This document shows positions 19,088 to 26,979 of a stretch of DNA of 29,221 nucleotides, piece after piece. Where the stretch lies: contig JAEOTB010000116.1 in the NCBI GenBank assembly GCA_016840065.1, positions 1 through 29,221 on the forward strand. Direction: 5' to 3'. Numbering within the stretch: position 1 is the first letter of the stretch; every line of letters begins with the position of its first letter. Both the position numbers and the translations under genes were made by a program. The notes beneath the pieces were generated by a model. That model ran no database searches, was not told the DNA's origin, and saw only the letters and a list, made by a program, of their open reading frames with translations. The DNA is from Candidatus Hermodarchaeota archaeon. GTDB taxonomy: Archaea > Asgardarchaeota > Hermodarchaeia > Hermodarchaeales > Hermodarchaeaceae.

Positions 19088-19891
19088 GTGTTGAAAGTGA
19101 AGATTGCAGTTTGCGGTAAAGGCGGTGTCGGTAAGACCACTGTATCAGGAACTCTTGCTCGATTACTCGGCCGGGAGGGAACGAAGGTACTGGCTGTTGA
19201 TGCAGATCCTAATCACACTCTATTTCTTTCACTCGGTATTCCGCCTGAGGTTGCTGAGAAAATTGTACCCCTAACTGAAAACGATGAGCTGGTTCAGGAG
19301 AGAACGGGAATGGAGGCGGGGCGCAGCTTCGGTGGTATGTTCAAGCTTAACCCGCGTGTGGATGATTTAGCAGCCAAATTTGGTGTTCCAGCACCAGACA
19401 ATGTGACGCTCCTTGTGGCAGGAACTGTTCAGATTGGCGGGTCTGGTTGCATGTGTCCTGCTGGGGCCCTCCTGAAGGCTCTTATACGCCACCTAATCGT
19501 TGGTAGTGGTGAAGCTTTCGTGATGGATATGGAGGCTGGTATTGAGAACTTGGGACGGGGGACAACCCGAGGGATGGACGCCCTCGTCATTGTTGTTGAA
19601 CCAGGATACGGTGCGATAACTACTGTAGGGCGGATTCAGAAACTAGCTCGGGACATCGGTGTAGATCGGGTGTTAGCCGTTGCGAACAAGGTCACCAGTG
19701 AACAGGACCGCAAGACAATCGAAGCTGCCCTTGCTGAACGCGGTGTTCCTTTACTTGGTGTTATTCCTTTTGATAAGGAGATTCATGAGGCAGGTCTTCT
19801 GGGGAAGGCACCCCTTGACCACGCGCCAGATAGTCTGGCGATGCGGGCTGTACAAGAGTTCTTGGGAGAACTCCGAGTGATTCTTGGTTAA
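19088..19891 (+). CDS. cooC: CODH/ACS nickel-insertion ATPase CooC/AcsF
   Basis: KIAVCGKGGVGKTT, DADP, GCMCP (CxC), DMEAGIENLGRGT. Confidence 0.92.
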   Translation: MLKVKIAVCGKGGVGKTTVSGTLARLLGREGTKVLAVDADPNHTLFLSLGIPPEVAEKIVPLTENDELVQERTGMEAGRSFGGMFKLNPRVDDLAAKFGVPAPDNVTLLVAGTVQIGGSGCMCPAGALLKALIRHLIVGSGEAFVMDMEAGIENLGRGTTRGMDALVIVVEPGYGAITTVGRIQKLARDIGVDRVLAVANKVTSEQDRKTIEAALAERGVPLLGVIPFDKEIHEAGLLGKAPLDHAPDSLAMRAVQEFLGELRVILG

Positions 19892-20020
19892 CAGTCTCAG
19901 TCTTGCCAATTTGTAAATTTTTTCATTTTATGTCTAGTAATATATACATACAACTACGAAAAGGTAAGCTTTAAAGGAAACATGAAGGATGGTGTATTAC
20001 CGCTTTGCGGTTAACCAGAA

Positions 20021-20401
20021 ATGGAAGTAAAAACATTGGCTTCTGAACTGAAGAAATGGGGCGAACTTCTCGCTCTCATCGGTTGCATCATCTGTCTAAT
20101 CGTTGGTATCCTTGATCTCTTGTTTGCACTTATACCCGGTTGGCTGTTCATCCTCCCCAGCACCGGTATTGGTCTTGGTGTTTGGTTCCCCGGTTTTGAG
20201 ATTATTGCAGCGATTCTACTAATCATCTTCTCAATAATCGGTCTCGCAACCTGTGGTGTTATCAAGTTCCCCATCAAATTTGACAAGAACTGGATCTGGC
20301 TATTGATTCTAGGCATTCTACTCCTCGTCTTTGGCGGTATTTGGGGTGCATGGCTAGTTATCATTGGCGCAATCCTGTTACTTGTAAATGATATGAGTTA
20401 A
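20021..20401 (+). CDS. Small multi-pass membrane protein of unknown function
   Basis: About four hydrophobic helices, AT-rich upstream region, terminator-like element downstream. Confidence 0.75.
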   Translation: MEVKTLASELKKWGELLALIGCIICLIVGILDLLFALIPGWLFILPSTGIGLGVWFPGFEIIAAILLIIFSIIGLATCGVIKFPIKFDKNWIWLLILGILLLVFGGIWGAWLVIIGAILLLVNDMS

Positions 20402-20403
20402 GA

Positions 20404-20440
20404 GAGGCAGTTCTACATTGCCTCCCTCCTCCTTTTTTTC
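20404..20440 (+). terminator. Hairpin plus oligo-T terminator
   Basis: GAGGCA/TGCCTC stem then CCTCCTCCTTTTTTT. Confidence 0.55.
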
Positions 20441-20469
20441 CACTCCCACCTCTTGATAGAACGTTAATC

Positions 20470-20970
20470 CTAGTAGTTGAAGTTGTGTCCGAAAATCTCA
20501 GGACCTTGTTTCCATGAGCTTCCTGAAAAGTCCATGAAGAGTTGGATGTGTCCAAGGGTACGGAACCCTTGATTATAGAAGAAGTGAATCGCGGCTTGGT
20601 TTCGAGCAACAGGGCGTACATTCAGGAACCTGAATCCTCGCTGCTTAGCGACAGTGATGACGGTTGCTACTAGTTGTCGCCCAATACCTTTTCCTCGGTG
20701 AGATCCACTTACAATAACTGGTTCGACCTCGGCCTCATTCTCCTTGACAATCAAACCCACCAGCCCCAAGACCTTGGATTTATGAACCGCAACCCAAAGG
20801 TTGTCTGGTCCAATCTTGGTGAGGTGCTCATCAAAGGCATCCTCAGGATTTTCTCCACCAATGGTGGGCTCCTGGTATATTTCTCGGTGCCACTCGGTTA
20901 GCTCCCTCCAGAGCCCCCGGCATTGCTCTCTATCGCTTTGCAGATATTGACGAATTTCTACTTCGACCAT
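20470..20970 (-). CDS. GNAT family N-acetyltransferase
   Basis: VSGSHRGKGIGRQL and NQAAIHFFYNQGF. Confidence 0.9.
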   Translation of the reverse strand: MVEVEIRQYLQSDREQCRGLWRELTEWHREIYQEPTIGGENPEDAFDEHLTKIGPDNLWVAVHKSKVLGLVGLIVKENEAEVEPVIVSGSHRGKGIGRQLVATVITVAKQRGFRFLNVRPVARNQAAIHFFYNQGFRTLGHIQLFMDFSGSSWKQGPEIFGHNFNY

Positions 20971-21051
20971 GGAATCGACTCAATTATTGTGCGTTTACAT
21001 AACTCTAGAACTTGATGGGTTTTTATAGAATTTTCTAGAAACACAACCTTT

Positions 21052-21330
21052 GAGGGCGGCTAACTGGAGGGGTGAAAATCTTTGGAGTCAACTATTCCTT
21101 GCTCTGCCAAGTTCGTATTGAATCTGCAGCCCTAGCGCTGCTTTTGGGTTTGGTGTCCCTGAGGATTCACTTAGAAGTGGAGCCTCTAAGGGCGGCGGCT
21201 AGATCCAAGTTCATTGCCAAGGGATTATTACAGAGCCACTTTGTTTCAGTGAATTTTACGAGGCAGAGGCTTGGAACGCAATCTACTAATTAACTAGTTT
21301 CGGCCGCCGCCAGACCACCCACCCCCCTAC
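21052..21330 (+). ncRNA. Candidate structured non-coding RNA (family not recognised)
   Basis: TTTTATAG at 21021; nested stems GGCGGCGGC/GCCGCCGCC, TCCAAGT/GCTTGGA, TGCC/GGCA, ACAGAG/CTTTGT with plus-strand G-U pairs; no credible ORF. Confidence 0.3.
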
Positions 21331-21970
21331 TTGAAAGCCGGCGAAGGAAAAGTGGGGAGCTTAAATAGGCTTCGCTGAATAAGACATTCCCTATGATGAC
21401 CAACTCGGTGAATGACTCCACATCGGGTACAGATTTCTTTTGTCTCCCCAAAATGTGATTACCAAGGCAGATGTAATCAGTGGGTATGTTCTTCAGTTCT
21501 CTAGGGTCATCTAGGTTGTCGCCGCAGAAGTGGCTCGAGGGTGCTGCACAATCATGGTCAGCCCCTCATATCTTCTCTTGAAAGTGAAGGATTGGCAGAA
21601 AGAAGAAATGCCGCCTGAGTCTAAGCCTCAGTGGAGTTCCGATCTTTTTTTACTCTCCCAGCTTTGCTGTCTTTACCGCGACTTTTTTTACACCTTTCGG
21701 CTTGGTGTTCTATCGCTCAGCTAGCCGGTCGCCAATCAGCCTCTTCGTACAGTCTTTGGCGTTTCACCGTTTTTGATTGGGTTACGGTGTCACTCAGCAC
21801 GGTGAGGCTCAGCACATCCATTGTAAGCGTGCTCCTCAGACGGCTCGTATAATATGGATGCCGCGGTATATCAATATTGTTAATATCACACTATATTGTT
21901 ACATAAATCAAAGTGGTTAGAGTCTTTCGAATAGCGGCTTGATTGGATAATCAACCTTTCTAATTTCTAG

Positions 21971-22681
21971 CTATGGCTCGATGATACCTTTAGCTCGTAA
22001 AATAGTGTCAAGATATCTGTGAGGAGGAATTTCAATGACAACTCCTCTGTCGACTTGGACGATGTAGATAACGTCGATTTCCACTTTGGCCAAGGCTACG
22101 AAGGGGATTGGAGGGGAAGAGTAGTAATCATCGCACAGGATCTTTAGTTGCTGTATTTCCTTGGAGGTTCGTGCTGAGGGTGGACGGAGCAGAACTCGAG
22201 GGACTTGTAGAACGTGATAGCTGGGAGTGGCTAGGATGAATCTTTTCGCGTGGCCGCTGTATCTGGCGATTTTTGCGGATATCCGTGCTTGCCGGTAACG
22301 TTCAGGTAAGAGTGCGGCGTCTGGAGGCACAAATCCTGTTTCTATTTCAACGACTACTGTTTCTCCTTCAAAGGTGTCAGCGTCCTCTTGATCGGTTTCT
22401 GTTGATGGATTAGGAGGGTTTAGTTGAACAGCGAAGATATCTGCAATGAGGTTGCTTGTACCTAGCTTCTGCTCTACTGCCACTTGATAGCCCTTCTCTA
22501 GGAGGTGCCGGGCGCATAAGAGTTCGATGACTGAATGGTTGATTTTCACTAATCGCCGCTTGTTAAGGCTTACCAGAATCTTCCTTAGTTTCTTTAATTC
22601 CCGCATCACGGCTGGATTGGTTATTGGCTCTAAACGGTTTAGTAGTCGACTTAGATCTCTGGCGAATTTGCTCTGAGCCAT
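21971..22681 (-). CDS. Conserved archaeal hypothetical protein with PD-(D/E)xK-like nuclease fold
   Basis: HSVIEL...GYQVAVE...IADIFA...VEIETGFVPP...KIARYS. ATG 22681 follows GGTGA SD (track starts at 22756). Confidence 0.75.
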   Translation of the reverse strand: MAQSKFARDLSRLLNRLEPITNPAVMRELKKLRKILVSLNKRRLVKINHSVIELLCARHLLEKGYQVAVEQKLGTSNLIADIFAVQLNPPNPSTETDQEDADTFEGETVVVEIETGFVPPDAALLPERYRQARISAKIARYSGHAKRFILATPSYHVLQVPRVLLRPPSARTSKEIQQLKILCDDYYSSPPIPFVALAKVEIDVIYIVQVDRGVVIEIPPHRYLDTILRAKGIIEP

Positions 22682-22834
22682 TTCATCACCCTTGATTGCA
22701 CCTGTTCCTTTGAATCGATGAATGTTGGGAACATCTCTCTGAAAAGCGCCTCCCAATCATCAAAATGAACCCTTGTTTCAATTGAGCCACGGATTCTCTC
22801 CTCTTCTTACAATATACAAGTTGTGTATCAGGAA

Positions 22835-22871
22835 TAAAAGGAGCCGCCCCGGCTTGTAGTTACAGGGCGGC
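22835..22871 (-). terminator. GC-rich hairpin plus T-tract downstream of the disordered-protein gene
   Basis: Minus strand GCCGCCCTG-loop-CGGGGCGGC-TCCTTTT. Confidence 0.55.
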
Positions 22872-22893
22872 CAGTTGGAAAAGTAGTTCTGTA

Positions 22894-23202
22894 CTATTTG
22901 TGTTTTCCTCGCCCTCTTCCTTTGGATTTACCTCTTCCTTTGGCTTTATGTTTAGCGTGTCCCTTGGCTTTCCCGCGACCACGGGCTCCGTGACCTCTTT
23001 CTTCGTCGTCTTCGCGTTCTTCTTCTTCTTTCTCCTCTTCTTCTTTCTCCTCTTCCTCTTTCTCCTCTTCTTCTGTAGCTTCGGTTTCTGTCTCTGGTTT
23101 TGGCTTCGGTTTCGGTGGGCGACCTCGGAGTATGTCTATGATTCCGCTTACGGTAGGTCTTTCTTCTTCTCCCTCTTCATCGGAGTCTAAATCGATTGGC
23201 AT
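22894..23202 (-). CDS. Small low-complexity disordered protein (acidic tract plus RG/KG-rich basic tail)
   Basis: 102 aa with (EEEEK)n and RGHGARGRGKAKGH...GRGRGKHK; TATA about 23 nt upstream of ATG and a terminator downstream. Confidence 0.72.
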   Translation of the reverse strand: MPIDLDSDEEGEEERPTVSGIIDILRGRPPKPKPKPETETEATEEEEKEEEEKEEEEKEEEEREDDEERGHGARGRGKAKGHAKHKAKGRGKSKGRGRGKHK

Positions 23203-23223
23203 GATTTAACATTGCTAACGGAG

Positions 23224-23236
23224 CTTTATATTTCGA
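23224..23236 (-). promoter_or_regulatory. TATA box for a probable leaderless transcript
   Basis: Minus strand CGAAATATAAAG about 23 nt upstream of ATG 23202. Confidence 0.5.
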
Positions 23237-23450
23237 TTGGTTTTCCCTCCTTCATCACATAATCTTCCAGTTTAGCATGTATTCCTAAGATTGATGAATA
23301 TTTAGAAGAAAAGACCGCCCCCAGAATGTGTGGCGGAAATGGCAGGTATCTTGAGAAGCTGTTCTAGGCTATTCTAATCTTCTCATCCTATTCCTTTGAC
23401 CTCTCCTTTTCTAATGGTGTGATACAAACTCTTCCCTTTTAGCACTTCTT

Positions 23451-25601
23451 TTATTCTGCGGTGAAGCTCTCTGCTTCGATTGCATCATATTTTAGGGTCT
23501 CACCGAATTCAGCTAGGAGTTCTTCTGCCTTCTCAGAAAAACCATACTTACGCAGTGCCTTTAATGCCACATGAAGTAGTCGTTTTGCGTGCTCGAAGTG
23601 TTCATCATCCTTGAATCGTTTCCAGCACTTTATGAGGAGAGCTATAAGAGCCCAAGAAATTACGGCGCCTTCGTAATCGTAGGTTACTAGGCTTGGAACT
23701 GTTATCCTATTCAGAGCGATAACCGCCCTCGTCAATGGTTCAAGCATCTTCCCAGACAAGAAATCAGCAACCTGGCTTAGGTTGAAGGTGGCAGCGATTA
23801 TATCATCTCTGCAGAGAATTCCTTGTGAGAGGAAATACTTGTATACATGGATTTGTGCTTTAACGCACCGATTTAGAATTTGGTTTCTAGCGTCACCTTC
23901 GAGTACTTTCGAGACTAATGCTGCAAGCGTGTTGGTTAAATTTCCAATAGTGGTAGCGTACCCACGGGGATTTGTGGTTTGTTCGCTGATAGCACTCTGT
24001 GTGTGCATAGTACGAAGCAGCAGGTAAGTTAGCTGGACTTCCTCTTCTTGAAGTTCGTTATCCATAGTTAACATCGGGATGAGGGCGTTGGTTACAGCGA
24101 GGAGGGTTGAAGTATCGATTTCCTTCTTAAGCCATTCATCAGACAACACTGCTATGACATCGCGTAAGAACTCAGTTATCTGTTTCCTAAATTCCTCTCT
24201 CTCAGGAATTATTAGCATCTGGTAATACTCTGCGATGGCGACTGCAAGACTTTGAAAGGCACTGTCAATTGTAGATGTGAAAAGTGGTATTTCACTATGG
24301 AGCAACTTCCTGAAATATTCCTGATAAATTCTAATGATTTCGGAAAGCATCTCTTTCCGCTCAGAAAGGGTTAGGATGATAGACTCAGATAAAGCAGTAT
24401 GTAATGCGAAATAGGTTTGGAGATCAAGTGACCCAGTAATACCAAGTTTACGAGCTTCGAAGCCTCTGTCTCCGAGGAGCCGACGGAGAGAACCGGATTT
24501 CAGTGTTTTTGTAATTTGGTTAAGAATCGTATTGATTTTGTTCTTCCACATGCTGAGGGAAGATCGAAACTGGTCATAGCTAGTGATTGAGTAGAGTTTG
24601 TCGAAGATATGGGATCTCTCAATAATAGCATTGATGAAGGTAGCGATGATTGGAGATTTAGTCTCAAAGTATTTTTTCATCTTCGCCGCAAACTCGGGGA
24701 GCATCATGATTGTCGGTTCAACAAAGAGAAAGGCATAGATATTGCTAGTCTCGTCATCAGCGAAGTCAAATTGTTCTGCAGCCTTTTGGTATTGCTCTCT
24801 GTATTCCTCAGCAGATATTCGTCGATCCTTATACCAGACTGCAGCCTTGGCAAGCTCGATAAATGGATTATCTGTGCCCGGTAGTGTTTCAACGATTGAT
24901 TTCAAAGCAACCAAGGTGGGTGCCGTTGTTCTTGTCATAGAAAGGGCGAGTAAACCAGTTTTTATCGCTAAGATTTTGGCCACGGATATGTCATGGTCAA
25001 TGGCGACAGCGCAGGCATAGTCAAAGGCTCCAGCTAGCGCATAGTCTATTGCCTTTTGGAGTTTACCGTTCACCTTATTGTCAAAGGTTGACCACTCCTT
25101 CTGTTCTCCCTTATCAGCCAGAAGTATTTGCCTGTCAATCTCTTGAATTATCTTCGTAAAACGCTTATCTTGTTTTATGGAACGTAAAAGAGGCTCCCAA
25201 TTATCTGCTAGAATGGTTCTGAGTTCCACATCAACGCTGTCTTCTAGGTAGCGATCAAGAATCTTGTCAATCTGCTTTGCTATTGCAGCGTCACCTCTTC
25301 CCCCTGGCTGCTCAATAACTGATTTATCAATATCCTCGGCTATGATTCTGATCAAGCTCTCTAAATGCTCAGCAGCTCGTGAGACAAGGGCGACAACCGT
25401 GAACTCCTTTTCAGATTCAGTCACGATTAACTTATCGTCTTTGAACTCCAACATACGAACCTCTCCGCTCCCCATTATCATCGATAGACCCTTTACTACC
25501 TCGATCATGCCGGTCAAGAAGATATTACCCTCTTTTTCGAGAGTTGTACGCAATCGGAGAGGAATACCGCCCTTGCTTATCACTCCAATTAACTTGATCA
25601 T
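23451..25601 (-). CDS. Protein with N-terminal longin/roadblock-like domain and long alpha-helical (solenoid-like) region
   Basis: MIKLIGVISKGGIPL...LTGMIEVVKGLS....GEVRMLEFKDDKLIV....FTVVALV...helix gives a beta-beta-alpha-beta-beta-beta-alpha pattern; the rest is amphipathic helices. Start 25601-25616. Confidence 0.7.
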   Translation of the reverse strand: MIKLIGVISKGGIPLRLRTTLEKEGNIFLTGMIEVVKGLSMIMGSGEVRMLEFKDDKLIVTESEKEFTVVALVSRAAEHLESLIRIIAEDIDKSVIEQPGGRGDAAIAKQIDKILDRYLEDSVDVELRTILADNWEPLLRSIKQDKRFTKIIQEIDRQILLADKGEQKEWSTFDNKVNGKLQKAIDYALAGAFDYACAVAIDHDISVAKILAIKTGLLALSMTRTTAPTLVALKSIVETLPGTDNPFIELAKAAVWYKDRRISAEEYREQYQKAAEQFDFADDETSNIYAFLFVEPTIMMLPEFAAKMKKYFETKSPIIATFINAIIERSHIFDKLYSITSYDQFRSSLSMWKNKINTILNQITKTLKSGSLRRLLGDRGFEARKLGITGSLDLQTYFALHTALSESIILTLSERKEMLSEIIRIYQEYFRKLLHSEIPLFTSTIDSAFQSLAVAIAEYYQMLIIPEREEFRKQITEFLRDVIAVLSDEWLKKEIDTSTLLAVTNALIPMLTMDNELQEEEVQLTYLLLRTMHTQSAISEQTTNPRGYATTIGNLTNTLAALVSKVLEGDARNQILNRCVKAQIHVYKYFLSQGILCRDDIIAATFNLSQVADFLSGKMLEPLTRAVIALNRITVPSLVTYDYEGAVISWALIALLIKCWKRFKDDEHFEHAKRLLHVALKALRKYGFSEKAEELLAEFGETLKYDAIEAESFTAE

Positions 25602-25803
25602 CACAAGAACCCTCAACTAGCTGCTTTCATTCTTATCCTCTACAATAAGGATATTTTATTCTTGCCTTGTGAGAACTAAGAATCATCCCCTAAGAGCTAG
25701 TACATTACAGTTTCTGTTCCGGTAATGAAATTGCGTCAATCGAGCCGGTAATACTGGATTTTTAATAGAAAGCTTTATTTCGAGAGAGCTGTATATATGG
25801 TAT

Positions 25804-25823
25804 GAGGAGTCTATAGACTCCTC
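25804..25823. promoter_or_regulatory. Perfect 20-bp palindrome (operator or 5' UTR hairpin)
   Basis: GAGGAGTCTATAGACTCCTC equals its own reverse complement; lies between TATATA and the GGAGGTG SD. Confidence 0.55.
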
Positions 25824-25846
25824 TAGCCTCCGGGAGGTGCGCCCAA

Positions 25847-26185
25847 GTGAACGAAATTGCGATAAAAATCCGTGATTACCTCAAGGTGGCTAGACAGCGT
25901 CGCAGATCCAAGGAGTTTTTCTCTGCGGGCACCTTCTATCAACGAGCAGCCAAGGTTGCGCTCCAAGCGAGAAGATCCCCAAGCCGCTATTATAACCGAG
26001 CCTTAGAGTGCTATAGAGAAGGTCTGGAAATCTACATGAACGATGAGGCTTTTTCAGAGGCTGCTGACACTCTTGAGCGTATTGCCCAAATCCACGAGCT
26101 AAACGATGAAACTGGAATTGCTGCTGATTTCCGTCTCAGGGCAAGCTTTCTCAGGCTCAAGAACATAGAGGTCCTAATGCGTTAG
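25847..26185 (+). CDS. Small TPR/SNAP-like helical repeat protein
   Basis: AGTFYQRAA, YNRALECYREGLEIY, AADTLERIAQIHE helical-hairpin pattern; GGAGGTG SD before GTG. Confidence 0.7.
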   Translation: MNEIAIKIRDYLKVARQRRRSKEFFSAGTFYQRAAKVALQARRSPSRYYNRALECYREGLEIYMNDEAFSEAADTLERIAQIHELNDETGIAADFRLRASFLRLKNIEVLMR

Positions 26186-26295
26186 GTCCACTGGACTGGG
26201 TATTTTTACAGGGAACCTGATAGTAGGCTATTTATTGGTTCCGCCAAAACGCTTTTTCCGTAAACCAACATATAGGTAGAGAGAGGTATCTCACC

Positions 26296-26922
26296 ATGAT
26301 TGATATAATCCTACTCGTTCTGACTATGCTAGCTCCCGGCACCCTTATAGTATCCTCTATAACTGTTGGTGGCTGGTTTATCGATACTCTCCTCGGACTC
26401 TCAGATAAAGAGGGTAGAGACATCCAAAGCTGTGGACGAAACTTTATCAAGTTCCTTCAATTCTTCGGAATGGCCTTCGGCATCATCTGCTTCGCTGTCA
26501 TGGCTGGCGTCCTGGTTAAACCCTTCTACCCTCCCTTCTTTGCATTATACAACGACCCCTTTACATTGGTACTACTAGGAATACTCGGATTCGTCCTACT
26601 CATTGCACCCCTAGCGAAGTATCCCTGGAGCGCGATATTCGGTCTACTTGGCGGCTTAATTGCTGCAATCGCCGTGGCATATTTTCTACCTCCTGAAATT
26701 GTAGTTATACTACCAATCTCTCTCAAATGGATATTAATCGCTATCTTCATCATTGTAGGTCTGGTAATTTTCATAGCGTTCAAATGGATCGAGGATCTCA
26801 CCAAGGCTTTCGCTATGCTTCTGGCTTCTCGTCCAGTTACATTCATTCTGTTGATTCTCGGTATCGTCCAAGGTATAGCTCTCCTCATTCTTCCCGGCGG
26901 ACTATGGTTCTTTGTACCTTAA
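26296..26922 (+). CDS. Multi-pass membrane protein of unknown function
   Basis: About six TM segments; GAGGT SD; terminator-like element after stop. Confidence 0.8.
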   Translation: MIDIILLVLTMLAPGTLIVSSITVGGWFIDTLLGLSDKEGRDIQSCGRNFIKFLQFFGMAFGIICFAVMAGVLVKPFYPPFFALYNDPFTLVLLGILGFVLLIAPLAKYPWSAIFGLLGGLIAAIAVAYFLPPEIVVILPISLKWILIAIFIIVGLVIFIAFKWIEDLTKAFAMLLASRPVTFILLILGIVQGIALLILPGGLWFFVP

Positions 26923-26932
26923 GATCCACTTA

Positions 26933-26966
26933 TGGGGACTTGGATCCCCACCCTTCTCTTTTTTCC
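26933..26966 (+). terminator. Hairpin plus oligo-T terminator
   Basis: TGGGGA/TCCCCA stem then CCCTTCTCTTTTTT. Confidence 0.5.
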
Positions 26967-26979
26967 GTGATGAGGAGTT

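Noticed and set aside
21393-21433. Box C/D sRNA starting ATGATGA
   Set aside because: No proper CUGA D or D' boxes at the expected spacing.
21720-21846. Hammerhead ribozyme (CUGAGGA...GAAAC with flanking stems, minus strand)
   Set aside because: The cleavage triplet would be GAC rather than NUH, and stem I/II registers are off.
21072-21852. Short ORFs 21072-21293, 21530-21724 and 21631-21852
   Set aside because: No recognisable motifs, GTG starts and mutually overlapping frames.
20971-21970. RNase P RNA, SRP RNA, tRNA or CRISPR array in the non-coding tract
   Set aside because: No GAGGAAAGUCC core, no SRP helix-8 motif, no cloverleaf and no regularly spaced repeats seen.
21971-22681. Defence or restriction system around the PD-(D/E)xK-like gene
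   Set aside because: No methylase, ATPase or other defence partner nearby; it resembles a conserved archaeal hypothetical family.
22900-23190. Phe-rich plus-strand ORF
   Set aside because: Antisense of the Glu/Lys-rich gene, which has the promoter and terminator.
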